From Planctomycetota bacterium (GTDB lineage: Bacteria > Planctomycetota > UBA8108 > SXIK01), in NCBI GenBank assembly GCA_965223845.1, contig CBDCXR010000004.1, forward strand, positions 1,728,001-1,792,000: 64,000 nt of DNA, read 5' to 3'. Position 1 is the first letter of the stretch; every line of letters starts with the position of its first letter. The translations under genes were made by a program, and so were the position numbers. Under the pieces are notes generated by a model. The model was not told the origin of the DNA and ran no database searches. It was given only the letters and a program-made list of their open reading frames with translations. Of this stretch, positions 9,318 through 19,023 are shown piece after piece.

Positions 9318-10406
9318 TCAGGCGACGGGGCCGAAGCGCGCGGTCCACGTGGGAGCGAGCTTCCGGCCGAGCTCGTCGAGCTGCTTCTGCTCGGCCGCCG
9401 TCAGCTTGCGTGAGCTCGCGACGCGGCGAATGTTGTCGACGAGCTGTTCCTCCGAGTGAACACCGATCACCATCGCGTGGACGCCTTCGAGACTGCGGGC
9501 GTACGCGATCGATTTTTCGTGGAGATCCTCCGCGAGGCGCGACGGCACGGGATCCTTGCGGCCGTACGCCTCCCAGCCGCCGCGTAGACCACCGTAAACC
9601 TTCATCGCGAGGACGCCGGTACGGTGCTTTCGCGCAGTCGGGAGCACCTTCGACTCGAAGCCGTAAATGTGCTGATCGACGAAATTGAGAACGACCATCA
9701 TCACGTCTACGGTGCCGGTCTCGAGCATGCGAACGTACTTCTTCGGATGCTCGTGTCCGGTGATCCCGATGAACCGCGTCTTGCCGGCCTTCTTCGCCTG
9801 CTCGAGGTATTTCCACGCGCCGTTTTTCTCGTCGAGAACGCGGTCGACGTCCTTGCCGCCGAGATCGTGGATGTGGAGGACGTCGACGTGGTCGACGCCG
9901 AGCGTGCGCAGCGACTCTTCGAAGGACTTCTTCGCCTCTTCGTAGGTGTTCGCCCAGGCCTTCGTCGCGAGGAAGGTCTTGTCCCGTCGTGTCTTGAGGA
10001 CCCCGCGCAGAGCTTCCTCGGCCCGCCCGTAGATCCTCGCGGTATCGACGTAATTGATGCCCCGATCGATCGCGGCCGCACAAACTCCGGCGACTTGTTT
10101 CACGTCGGGTTTGTTGCCGTTTCGGTGTCCGAGGAGAGCGGTTCCGAGGCCGAGGAGGCTGACCTTCTCTCCGGTCCGGCCGAGGAGGACGCGGGGCACC
10201 GGCGGGGTCTCCTCGGCGCGCGCGAGACCGTGAGAGAGACCTGAAACCGCCGCGGCGGTTCCCGCAACCCAAGATCCACTTCGCCGGACGAAGTGCCGGC
10301 GGCTGAGCTCCGCGCTCGCGCCGTCGGAGCGCTCCCCTTCGGGAGTGGCCGGTGCGGGCGAGGGGGATGGGGTGGGGCCCGGGAGAGGCTTCGAGTCCTT
10401 GGCCAT
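9318..10406 (-). CDS. Aldo/keto reductase with Tat-like signal peptide
   Basis: LGRTGEKVSLLGLG, GINYVDTARIYG, FLATK, SLRTLGVDHVDVLHIH, RFIGITGH and AMKVYGG. N-terminus has SRRHFV followed by an ARA cleavage-like site. Confidence 0.85.
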   Translation of the reverse strand: MAKDSKPLPGPTPSPSPAPATPEGERSDGASAELSRRHFVRRSGSWVAGTAAAVSGLSHGLARAEETPPVPRVLLGRTGEKVSLLGLGTALLGHRNGNKPDVKQVAGVCAAAIDRGINYVDTARIYGRAEEALRGVLKTRRDKTFLATKAWANTYEEAKKSFEESLRTLGVDHVDVLHIHDLGGKDVDRVLDEKNGAWKYLEQAKKAGKTRFIGITGHEHPKKYVRMLETGTVDVMMVVLNFVDQHIYGFESKVLPTARKHRTGVLAMKVYGGLRGGWEAYGRKDPVPSRLAEDLHEKSIAYARSLEGVHAMVIGVHSEEQLVDNIRRVASSRKLTAAEQKQLDELGRKLAPTWTARFGPVA

Positions 10407-10521
10407 GCTGCTCCTCTTGGTCGAAGAGAGTGCGATCGCGAGACGTTCGCGAAGCGGGCGAAGCGCGGATCGCTCGGGATCCGGGCGCGCTCACTTGCCA
10501 GCCTACCAAACATTCGATTCG

Positions 10522-11748
10522 ATGGGGACGACTCGAGTTCGTTCGGGTCGGTTCTCGGTTTCCGAGCAAAGATCCGTGCCGAATTCGCGACCGCTTTCCA
10601 TATCGTTGCCGCTCGACCGCTGGGATCCTCGCCGGGGCGGAGCGGAGATCTACTTGGACGGCTTCGCTCGGGAGCTCTGCCGGCGCGGGCACCAGGTCAC
10701 CGTGCTCTGTATGGAGAGCGGGGCGGAGGGTGAACCGCCTCCGGGACTCGTGATCGAGTGCCTCCCCGTGCGAGCGCGACAGCGGTGGCGGCGCGAGCTC
10801 GAGTTTGCTCGTCGTTCGGCGATCCGCCACCGAGAGAGCGGTCGTGATCTCCTCTTCGCCGTTCGACACCCCTACGAAGCCGACGTGTTTCAACCTCACG
10901 GTGGCTGCATCGTCGCCGCGAGGCGCGGGAAAAACGCCCATCGTTCGCGAATCGGCCGGTGGGCGTTCGATTTCGCCGGCCGCTGGCGACCTACCCAGAG
11001 GGTTCTTCGTCGTCTCGAGCGCGAGCTCTTTGCGCGCTCGCCGGAGGTCGTTCTCGTGGCGAATTCACGCAAGGTCGACGAGGAGTTTCGACGAACGTAT
11101 CCGAATCTCTCCGTTGCGCGAAGGGTGATCCATCTGGGCGTCGATACGGAGCGCTTCCACGATCGTGACCGCTCGCATGCGAGGGCCGGACTCGAGAGCC
11201 GGATCGGGGAGCGACCCGAACGACTCGCGTGTTTCATCGCGCATCAGTTCGCGCCCAAGGGACTCGGAACGGCCGTTCGAGCTCTCGGGGCCTCGCCGGG
11301 ATGGCGGCTCGCCGTAGCGGGACGCGGCGATCCGTCGCCGTTCCGGACTCTCGCGCGTCGACTCGGTGTCGCCGATCGCGTCCACTTCCTCGGGCCCGTC
11401 GACGAACCGCGCTCGCTGCTCGCCGCTGCGGACGCGCTCGTCCTTCCGACCCACTACGATGCCTGCGCGCTCGTCGTGCTCGAGTCGATGTCCTGCGGGA
11501 CCCCGGTGGTGGCCTCGACGCTCAGTGGTTCGGGGGAGTTGCTCGAAGAGTTCGACGCCGGTTGCCTCATCTCACCGCCGGACGATGTCGCCGGCGTCGC
11601 GCGAGCGCTCCGGTCGATCGCCGAGGATTGGAATCGCTATCACACCCGGGCCCTCGCCTCGCGACCGCGGATCGCCTGGGCTCGCCACGTCGACGAGATG
11701 GAGCGTCTCCTCGTCGACGTCGCTAGTGAGCGCCAGCGGACGGTCTAA
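10522..11748 (+). CDS. Glycosyltransferase family 4 (RfaG/WabG-like)
   Basis: GGAE motif, IHLGVDTERF, PKGL, and ADALVLPTHYDACALVVLESMSCGTPVV. Start is ATG 10522 or GTG 10576; the ORF-track start overlaps the divergent gene. Confidence 0.85.
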   Translation: MGTTRVRSGRFSVSEQRSVPNSRPLSISLPLDRWDPRRGGAEIYLDGFARELCRRGHQVTVLCMESGAEGEPPPGLVIECLPVRARQRWRRELEFARRSAIRHRESGRDLLFAVRHPYEADVFQPHGGCIVAARRGKNAHRSRIGRWAFDFAGRWRPTQRVLRRLERELFARSPEVVLVANSRKVDEEFRRTYPNLSVARRVIHLGVDTERFHDRDRSHARAGLESRIGERPERLACFIAHQFAPKGLGTAVRALGASPGWRLAVAGRGDPSPFRTLARRLGVADRVHFLGPVDEPRSLLAAADALVLPTHYDACALVVLESMSCGTPVVASTLSGSGELLEEFDAGCLISPPDDVAGVARALRSIAEDWNRYHTRALASRPRIAWARHVDEMERLLVDVASERQRTV

Positions 11749-11915
11749 CCGGCGGACAGCGCGTCGCCGGCGGTCTCCGGTCGCTCGAGGTATCGGTCCG
11801 CGCGCGATTCCGGCGTATGCCGGCTTCGAGAAGCGTCCGCGCGATCGCGGAGCCCGTCGACGGACGGACTTCGATTCCGGCGCCGAGCGACGGGAACCGA
11901 GCGCCGCTCGGGGGG

Positions 11916-12920
11916 TCAGTCTCCGCCGATCTCTTCGCGAAGGATTCCCTCCATGAGGTATCCCTCCGCCGTCTTGCGGGGCCCCGGGCTGCCGGACACG
12001 GCCCGGTACTCGGCCCTCGTTCGCCGCCGCCGGTAGGAAGCGTACATCTGGTCCGGCGTCGGATATCCGAAGAACGGCGGGCGCACCGGCGACTTGATCA
12101 GCTCACGCACCTCCTCCGGCGAAATGACGGTCATCTCGCGATCCTTCATGTACTCGCGAACCTCGCAGAGCTCCTCGTACGCGAGCCCGAAGAGGAACTC
12201 TTGAAAGGCCTGAGTTTCGTCCTGTGTGACTTTGTCGCGCGAGAAGTAGTTGAGGAACTGCGATTCGCAGTCCGCCTTCATCAGGGAGAACACTTCCGTG
12301 ACTCCGATCAACGTGCCGAAGATCGCGCGGACGCGGCGTCGCGCCTTCCAGCTCGAGAGGAGAGCCTGGGGGAACTCGCCGACCGGCATCTTGAGTCGGT
12401 CCTTCCACATCGAAACGAGCCGAGTTGCCGCGACTCGCTTGAGTTCGATCGGATTGTGGGGGTTGGCGAGCACGGCCGAGAGCAACTCCTCGGCGAGGCG
12501 CGAGAAGACGGCGTCGCCGACGAGGTCGCCGAGCTCGGATGGTTGTCCCTCCTCGGGAGCCGGGAAAAGACGCTCGAGCGATTTCAGAAAGTTGATCTTC
12601 GCCTGGACGAACGCCCGCCCGAGGACCGCGCCGGTCGGGATCATGAAGTCCATGTCGGCTTCGTCCGTGCGGCAGAGCGATTCGATGAGCGTGCTGTTGT
12701 CGCGCTCGCGTCCGCCGAAGGTGGTTCGGGCATCGGCCGAGGGGTACTCGCGGATCGCTTCGGCCACCAGGGGGAGGCTCCGGCTGGCGTGGCGAAACGC
12801 CTCCTCGAGCTCCGCGCGAAGAGCCGGCTCGAGCCCCGCGCCGGATTCGTAGATCGCCTTTAGGCGCTCCGCTTCGGAGTCCGCGAGGCAATTCCAGAGT
12901 CCAGCCAGTTCGTCCCGCAA
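11916..12920 (-). CDS. Alpha-helical hypothetical protein
   Basis: Long ORF with normal composition from about TTG 12920. The part further upstream overlaps the CBS gene and reads as junk. No motif recognised. Confidence 0.65.
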   Translation of the reverse strand: MRDELAGLWNCLADSEAERLKAIYESGAGLEPALRAELEEAFRHASRSLPLVAEAIREYPSADARTTFGGRERDNSTLIESLCRTDEADMDFMIPTGAVLGRAFVQAKINFLKSLERLFPAPEEGQPSELGDLVGDAVFSRLAEELLSAVLANPHNPIELKRVAATRLVSMWKDRLKMPVGEFPQALLSSWKARRRVRAIFGTLIGVTEVFSLMKADCESQFLNYFSRDKVTQDETQAFQEFLFGLAYEELCEVREYMKDREMTVISPEEVRELIKSPVRPPFFGYPTPDQMYASYRRRRTRAEYRAVSGSPGPRKTAEGYLMEGILREEIGGD

Positions 12921-12988
12921 AATAGAGCTCTTCGTCTCGAAATCGATTCGCCCGCTTTCGCCGCGAGCGGGGCAGCGAAGCGCCGAGG

Positions 12989-13384
12989 CTACATCATGGA
13001 ATTGACGAGGTGAAGGTCCGTCATGAGGTCCTTGATCGCCACGACGCCGATGATCTCGCCACTGTCGACGACGGGAGCGCGCGAAACGCGATTGTTCGCG
13101 AAGAGGCGCGCCACGTGCTTCACGCTCATCTCGGGAAGGCAGAAGATAATCGGCTTCGTCATGATCTCGTGAACCCGCACGTTGTTGACGCTGAGTCCAC
13201 GCGCGACGACCTTGTAGCAAACATCCCGCATACTGAGGATGCCGAACGTGTCGCCGGGACTCTGCTTGTCGACGATGAGGCTCGAGATGCTGTGCTCGTT
13301 CATCTTGAGCACCGCCTGTTCGACCGTGGCCTCGCGGTCGATCCGGCGGACAACCTTGGACATCACATCGCGCGCCGTCGCCAT
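12989..13384 (-). CDS. Stand-alone CBS-pair domain protein
   Basis: TARDVMSK, ISSLIV, GILSMRD, VHEIMTKP, RAPVVDSGEIIGVV. RBS GGAGGA upstream. Confidence 0.9.
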   Translation of the reverse strand: MATARDVMSKVVRRIDREATVEQAVLKMNEHSISSLIVDKQSPGDTFGILSMRDVCYKVVARGLSVNNVRVHEIMTKPIIFCLPEMSVKHVARLFANNRVSRAPVVDSGEIIGVVAIKDLMTDLHLVNSMM

Positions 13385-13455
13385 GATTCGGTCCTCCCAG
13401 TCGTGGTCTAGCCGAAAGCTTGAATGGAATCCTCCGTGCGGGAGGAGTTCTTCGG

Positions 13456-14850
13456 TCAGATTTGGATCGCTTCGCCGGCCCAGTCGGCCGCCGCTTCCAT
13501 GATCGATTCAGAAAGCGTGGGGTGAGAGTGAATGGAGTGGTGGAGGTCGTTCACCGTGAGCTCGGTCGCCTTGGCGACGGCGAGCTCGCCGATGAGCTCC
13601 GTGGCTTCGTGGCCGATCACGTGGGCGCCGAGGATTTCTCCGAACTTGGCGTCCCCGATGATCTTGACGAAGCCTTCGGTGTCGCCGACCGCGACCGACT
13701 TTCCGTTCGCAGCGAACGGAAAGCGGCCGACGCGCACATCGTGCCCCTGCTCGACCGCCTCTTCCTCCGTGAGGCCGACGCTTCCCACCTGCGGCTGGCA
13801 GTAGATGCACGCGGGGATATTCGAGTAGTCGATCGGCTCGGGGTCACGCCCGGCGATCGTCCCCACGGCGACGAGCCCTTCGGCGCTCGCGACGTGCGCC
13901 AAGGCCGGCGGCCCGGCGACGTCTCCGATCGCGAACACACTGCCAGCGGAGGTTCGGTAGTGATCGTCCACTTCGATGAATCCACGTTCGACCTTGACGC
14001 CGATCTCCTCGAGGCCGATTCCCTCGACATTTCCGCGAACGCCGACCGCCATCAGCGTGGTCTCGGACTCGACGGTGAACTGGGTATTGTCCTTCTCGAA
14101 CGTCGTGACCGTGCCCTCGTCGCTCGTCTCGACCGAAAGAACTCGGCTCGAGGTGTGAATCTTCATTCCCTGTTTCTTGAAGGCTCTCGTGAGAGTGGCG
14201 CAGATGTCCTGGTCGCCACTCGGGAGCAGGCGGTCGAGGTACTCGACAATCGTCACTTCGGTTCCGAACGCACGATAGAAGTAGGCGAACTCGAGGCCGA
14301 TCGCGCCCGCGCCGATGATCGTCATGCTCGCGGGCCGGCGCTCGAGGGTCATCGCCTCCTTGCTCGAGATTACGCCGCGACCGTCGATCTCCACTCCGGG
14401 AATCGTACTCGGCCGCGCGCCGGTCGCGATGATCGAGTGCTTCGTCGACAGCTCTCGCGTCGCGTCGCCTTCGCCCGCGACGGCGATTCGGTTCGGAGTG
14501 ACGAAGCGGCCGTGGCCGGTGACGATCGTGATCTTGTTCTTCTTCATCAGATGGGCGACGCCCTTCGAGAGCTTGCCCGCGGCGCCACGACTCCGAGCGA
14601 TGACGCGCGACCAATCGACCGCGACCTCGCCGATGTCGAAACCCCAGTCGCCCGAGGATTTGAGGAGCTCGTAGTTCTCGGCGTTCTTGAGCAGAGCTTT
14701 CGTCGGGATGCAGCCCCAGTTGAGGCAGACGCCGCCGAGCTCGGCGCGCTCGACGATCGCGACGTTCATTCCGAGCTGGGCGGCGCGGATCGCCGCTACG
14801 TACCCTCCGGGACCGGAGCCGAGCACGGTCAAGTCGTAGGAGTCGGACAT
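13456..14850 (-). CDS. lpdA: Dihydrolipoyl dehydrogenase (E3)
   Basis: GSGPGGYVAAIRAAQLG, redox disulfide GGVCLNWGCIPTK, GAGAIG and HPTLSE. Last gene of the pdh operon. Confidence 0.97.
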   Translation of the reverse strand: MSDSYDLTVLGSGPGGYVAAIRAAQLGMNVAIVERAELGGVCLNWGCIPTKALLKNAENYELLKSSGDWGFDIGEVAVDWSRVIARSRGAAGKLSKGVAHLMKKNKITIVTGHGRFVTPNRIAVAGEGDATRELSTKHSIIATGARPSTIPGVEIDGRGVISSKEAMTLERRPASMTIIGAGAIGLEFAYFYRAFGTEVTIVEYLDRLLPSGDQDICATLTRAFKKQGMKIHTSSRVLSVETSDEGTVTTFEKDNTQFTVESETTLMAVGVRGNVEGIGLEEIGVKVERGFIEVDDHYRTSAGSVFAIGDVAGPPALAHVASAEGLVAVGTIAGRDPEPIDYSNIPACIYCQPQVGSVGLTEEEAVEQGHDVRVGRFPFAANGKSVAVGDTEGFVKIIGDAKFGEILGAHVIGHEATELIGELAVAKATELTVNDLHHSIHSHPTLSESIMEAAADWAGEAIQI

Positions 14851-15020
14851 CGATGGAAATCCTCAAGGAATGAAGAGCGAAACGGCTTGGGGCAGCGGTG
14901 CGTCGTGGGACTCGTGCGCTCGGCGGGCGGGGCCATCCGATTCCGTGGTCGACATGCTCCGACACTCCGGTGGTCCCTCGCGTTCACGCGATCGACGGCG
15001 GGTCGCGGCGGGACTCGCCG

Positions 15021-16349
15021 TCAGAGTGCGAGTGAAACGGGATTCTCCAGGATCGATTTGAGGTCGCGCATGAAATGCGCTGCCTGCGCGCCGTCAACCA
15101 CGCGGTGATCGCAGCTGACCGTACACTCCATCACCGAACCGGGGACCACCTTCCCGTCGTCGACGACGGGAACGTCGCGAATCGCACTGACAGCGAGAAT
15201 GCAGGTCTGTGGCGGATTAACGATCGCCGTGAAGTGTTTGACGCCGAACATCCCGAGGTTGCTGATCGTGAACGAGCCGCCCTGATACTCCTCCGGCTTC
15301 AGCTTTCTCTCTTTCGCCCGTTGAGCGAGCTCGCGGATCTCCTGGGAGAGCCGCGCGAGCCCCTTCAGATGGCACCCGCGCACGACCGGTGTGAGGAGTC
15401 CCTCGGGAAGCGCGACGGCGATGCCGATGTCGATCGACTTGTAGTAGTGAATCTTGTCGCCGGCCCACGATGAATTGAGCGTCGGGTGACGGGTGAGCGC
15501 GAGCGCGGTGGCCTTGACGACGAAGTCGTTGAAGCTCACCTTCACGCCCTCCATGCCGTTGACGTGCTCGCGCGCCCGGATCGCGTTGCGCATGTCGATC
15601 TGCATCGTGAGATAGAAATGCGGCGCGACCTGCATGCTGTGAGTGAGCCGCTCGGCGATGACCTTCCGCATGGAGGTGACCGGAACGGACTCGAAGGACT
15701 GCTCGGGAACCGCATCGAGACCGACAGGCTGGAACGGCGGGGGAGCGGTGCTCGCGAACGCGTTCGAGGCGGCCACGGCGTCGGCTCGCCGTCGAGCGAG
15801 GGCTTGCTCGACGTCTCGCTTGACGATGCGCCCTTCGGGGCCCGTCCCGGGGACTTCGGCCGGACCGAGTCCGTATTCCGCCATCATGCGAAGCGCGAGC
15901 GGGGAGGCGAGAACTCGACCGCCCGCGGGTGGCGGGGGTGGGCCTGGAGCAGCCGGCGGAGCGGGAGCAGGCGCCGGCTCTTGCGTCTGCGATGGCGCGG
16001 CCGGCGCGGGAGCGCGTGGCTCCTCCGCACGGGGAGCGCTCTCCTCCTTCGTGCCGTTCGTGGAGCTCGGTGACTTCAGGCCGGCGAGCGCCGCCTCGAT
16101 GTCCTCGTCTGCCTCTTCCGTGACGACGGCGATCGCCGCTCCGACGGGACAGGCCTCGCCCGGTGCGACGAGCAGCTTTCGGAGAAAGCCCGCGTCGTAG
16201 ACTTCGAGCTCCATGTTCGCCTTGTCGCTCTCGACCTCGGCGAGAATCTCACCGGGCTCTAGCTCATCGCCTTCGCTCTTCAGCCACGAGAGGATCTTCC
16301 CTTCCGTCATCGTGTCGCTGAGCTTCGGCATCTCGATGATGATCGCCAC
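15021..16349 (-). CDS. pdhC: Pyruvate dehydrogenase E2, dihydrolipoamide acetyltransferase
   Basis: Single lipoyl domain (ESDKA), Pro/Ala linker, E3-binding ASPLA...GTGPEGRI and catalytic DHRVVDG. Confidence 0.95.
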   Translation of the reverse strand: MAIIIEMPKLSDTMTEGKILSWLKSEGDELEPGEILAEVESDKANMELEVYDAGFLRKLLVAPGEACPVGAAIAVVTEEADEDIEAALAGLKSPSSTNGTKEESAPRAEEPRAPAPAAPSQTQEPAPAPAPPAAPGPPPPPAGGRVLASPLALRMMAEYGLGPAEVPGTGPEGRIVKRDVEQALARRRADAVAASNAFASTAPPPFQPVGLDAVPEQSFESVPVTSMRKVIAERLTHSMQVAPHFYLTMQIDMRNAIRAREHVNGMEGVKVSFNDFVVKATALALTRHPTLNSSWAGDKIHYYKSIDIGIAVALPEGLLTPVVRGCHLKGLARLSQEIRELAQRAKERKLKPEEYQGGSFTISNLGMFGVKHFTAIVNPPQTCILAVSAIRDVPVVDDGKVVPGSVMECTVSCDHRVVDGAQAAHFMRDLKSILENPVSLAL

Positions 16350-16419
16350 GCAAACTCTCCGCTAGTTCTTGGCTCGCTCTCGAGTCCCCGCGACGGCCGC
16401 TCTCGCGAGCCGGTCGAGT

Positions 16420-17400
16420 TCAGTCGAGATACATGACCTTCTTGACTGCCGCGATGCAGCGCTCCACGCTCGGAAGCACGGTCTTTTCGAGCGAGTGCGC
16501 GTAGGGCATCGGAACATCGAGCGATGTGACTCGCTCCACCGGCGCATCCAGGAATCCGAAGCACGCGCGGTAGATGCGGTCCGCGATCTCCGCCCCAACA
16601 CCGCAGAACCGGTAGTCCTCCTCGAGAACGACGACCCGATTCGTCTTCTTGACGGAGCGGTGAATCATCTCTTCATCGAGCGGCTTGATCGTCCGCGGGT
16701 CGATGATCTCCACATCGATCCCCTGATCCGAGAGCTCGTCCGCCACCTTGACCGCGAGATCTACCATCTTCGACCAGGCGATGAGGGTCACGTCGCGACC
16801 GGGTCGGCGGATGTGGCCCTGTCCGAGGGGAATCACGTACTCGCCATCTGGGACCTCCCCCTTATCGCCGTACGTCATCTCGCTTTCGAGAAAGATCACG
16901 GGATCGTCGTCGCGGATCGCGGACTTGAGGAGTCCCTTTGCGTCCTGCGCGGTCGAGTACGTCACGACTTTCAGGCCCGGAAAATGGGCGTAGACCGACT
17001 CGAAGGACTGGGAGTGCGTTGCCGCGAGCATGTGCGCGGCGCCGTTCGGGCCGCGGAAGACGATCGGGACGTGAAACTGACCGCCCGACATCATCGACAT
17101 CTTCGCGGAGTTGTTGACGATCTGGTCGAACGCCTGAGTCGCGAAATTGAACGTCATCATCTCGATGATGGGGCGAAGCCCGACCATCGCCGATCCGATC
17201 CCGACGCCGGCGAAACCACACTCCGTGATCGGCGTGTCGATGACTCGGTTTTCGCCGAAGCGCTCGAGGAGCCCTTGGCTCACCTTGTACGCGCCGTTGT
17301 AGAACGCGACCTCTTCCCCCATGAGGAAAACGTTTGGATCGCGTTCCATCTCTTCCGCCATCGCCTGATTGAGGGCTTCGCGGATCTGCAGTGTAGCCAT
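16420..17400 (-). CDS. pdhB: Pyruvate dehydrogenase E1 beta
   Basis: REALNQAMAEEM, GEEVAFYNGAYKVSQGL, DTPITE and PIVFRGPNG. Confidence 0.96.
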   Translation of the reverse strand: MATLQIREALNQAMAEEMERDPNVFLMGEEVAFYNGAYKVSQGLLERFGENRVIDTPITECGFAGVGIGSAMVGLRPIIEMMTFNFATQAFDQIVNNSAKMSMMSGGQFHVPIVFRGPNGAAHMLAATHSQSFESVYAHFPGLKVVTYSTAQDAKGLLKSAIRDDDPVIFLESEMTYGDKGEVPDGEYVIPLGQGHIRRPGRDVTLIAWSKMVDLAVKVADELSDQGIDVEIIDPRTIKPLDEEMIHRSVKKTNRVVVLEEDYRFCGVGAEIADRIYRACFGFLDAPVERVTSLDVPMPYAHSLEKTVLPSVERCIAAVKKVMYLD

Positions 17401-17494
17401 TTCGCTCTCGCTCGGTTCGTCGAAGCATCGGACGGCATCGCGCTCGCGCGTGAACTCGTTCGCGCTGGTTCGCGACCCCGATCGCCGTGGTGGA

Positions 17495-18544
17495 TCAGCG
17501 TCGTCCGACGTACGGGTCGTTCTTGTAGACGAAGTCGTACACGTCGTCGGGGTTCGGCTCCGGACTCTCCAAGGCGGCCTCCATCGCCGCCTTGATCTCG
17601 GCGGTGACTTCCTTGTCCAGAGCTTTCACTTCCGTTTCCGACAGGACGCCGCGCTCTTGGATGAGCGCGGATAGATTCGTGATCGGATCACGCTTTCGGT
17701 GGTCGTCCACCTCGTCCTTGGTGCGGTAATGGGAGTGAATGGGATCGGACATCGAGTGCCCGCGAAATCGGTAGGTCCGGATCTCGAGAAAGGCTGGATG
17801 TCCCTCACGCGCGCGGTCGACCGCCTTCTTGACGCCGTCGTACACCTCGAGCACATCCATGCCGTCGAGGCAGGCGTTGTCCATGTCGTAGCCGGCGGCT
17901 TTCTTGTGGAGATCGTAGACGGAGCTCGCCCGCTCGACCGGCGTCCCCATCCCGTAGCGGTTGTTCTCGCAGATATAGACGATCGGAAGTCCCCACAGAG
18001 CCGCGAGGTTGAGCGACTCATGGAAGGCGCCGTTGTTGACCGCACCCTCGCCGAAGAGGCAGAGGACGACGTTCTTTTCGGCGCGGTACTTCGCCGCGAA
18101 AGCTACGCCCGTCCCGATCGGGATATGACCTCCGACGATCGCGTGCCCGCCGAGGAAGTTCTTCTCTTTGCTGAAGAAGTGCATCGAGCCGCCTCGCCCC
18201 TTCGAGCAGCCGTCGACCCGGCCGAAGAGCTCGGCGAAGCAAGGCATCGCGTCGATCCCCGCCGCGAGGGCGAGTCCGTGGTCTCGGTAGGTCGTGAGCG
18301 AGGCGTCGCCCGGCTTGAGGGCCGCCAGGGCGCCGACCGCGACGGCTTCCTGGCCGATATAGAGGTGGCAGAATCCACCGATCTTCCCCTGGCCGTACGC
18401 CTGTGCCGCTCGCTCCTCCAGCCGGCGAATCCGGAGCATCTCGCGGAGAAACTCGATCAGCTTCTCTTTCGAGACGGGGAGGGATTTAGCCTTCTGCGCT
18501 TTCTGCGCCTTCTGCTTGCTCAACGTCTTCACCGGGGGGGCCAT
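17495..18544 (-). CDS. pdhA: Pyruvate dehydrogenase E1 alpha
   Basis: GKIGGFCHLYIGQEA, GRGGSMH, TPP motif GEGA...ENN and TYRFRGHSMSDP. Confidence 0.96.
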   Translation of the reverse strand: MAPPVKTLSKQKAQKAQKAKSLPVSKEKLIEFLREMLRIRRLEERAAQAYGQGKIGGFCHLYIGQEAVAVGALAALKPGDASLTTYRDHGLALAAGIDAMPCFAELFGRVDGCSKGRGGSMHFFSKEKNFLGGHAIVGGHIPIGTGVAFAAKYRAEKNVVLCLFGEGAVNNGAFHESLNLAALWGLPIVYICENNRYGMGTPVERASSVYDLHKKAAGYDMDNACLDGMDVLEVYDGVKKAVDRAREGHPAFLEIRTYRFRGHSMSDPIHSHYRTKDEVDDHRKRDPITNLSALIQERGVLSETEVKALDKEVTAEIKAAMEAALESPEPNPDDVYDFVYKNDPYVGRR

Positions 18545-18575
18545 CGGGGCGTTTTCCTAGTGCGGAGAAACAGCG

Positions 18576-18638
18576 CGGAAAACTCGTCGCGAGTTTCCGT
18601 AAGCCTTGGAGCATAACGACTTGCCGCTTCGCCCGCAA
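18576..18638 (-). promoter_or_regulatory. Putative pdh operon promoter plus 5'-UTR inverted repeat
   Basis: Minus strand TTGCGG(18638-18633)-17 nt-TATGCT(18615-18610), and imperfect inverted repeat cggaaaactcg-tcg-cgagtttccg at 18576-18599. Confidence 0.45.
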
Positions 18639-18722
18639 GGTGCTGAGAGAGCGCCGGCGATCGAGCTCGGAAGTGCGGTGGCGAGGGCTCGAGGGCTCCG
18701 TAAGCCTTTTCTTTTAGGTTGT

Positions 18723-18872
18723 TTATGATCGCGACGGTGAGTCGGAGTTCGCCGGGCGTTCCGCGCCCTTGAGCTCAGACCGCCGGCGACGAGAACCGAG
18801 CACGAAATAGCCGATCCCCATGAGGAGGAGGGGGATCACGACCGCAGCCATCGCGAGGTAGGGGTACCACAT
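18723..18872 (-). CDS. Small single-pass membrane protein (49 aa)
   Basis: Hand translation: MWYPYLAMAAVVIPLLLMGIGYFVLGSRRRRSELKGAERPANSDSPSRS*. One TM helix followed by an Arg cluster. Below the ORF-track cutoff. Confidence 0.6.
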   Translation of the reverse strand: MWYPYLAMAAVVIPLLLMGIGYFVLGSRRRRSELKGAERPANSDSPSRS

Positions 18873-19023
18873 CGGAGCACGTCACCTGATTTGGTCGCCG
18901 GGACACCGATCGAGGCCCGCCAAGATGCCACGGCTCGGCGGGAGCGCAAGGGTCCGGTCACGTCATCGGGCCGAGTCGGCGGAGGGTATACTCTCTCAGC
19001 CCGTCCCTCGAGAAACCTCCGAT

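Noticed and set aside
9283-10941. N-terminal ~550 aa of ORF 8116..10941, which suggests a 941-aa protein
   Set aside because: Arg-rich off-frame read-through overlapping the aldo/keto reductase and GT4 genes; only 8116..9282 looks like real protein
12921-13220. Extended N-terminus of ORF 11916..13220
   Set aside because: Overlaps the CBS gene in another frame and has low-complexity Arg-rich composition
13420-18616. Long plus-strand ORFs opposite the pdh genes (13420..15108, 16369..17595, 17699..18616), and similar ones elsewhere such as 34714..36204, 50590..52884 and 58741..60480
   Set aside because: Antisense shadow ORFs expected from high-GC codon bias; no motifs, and they mirror well-supported genes
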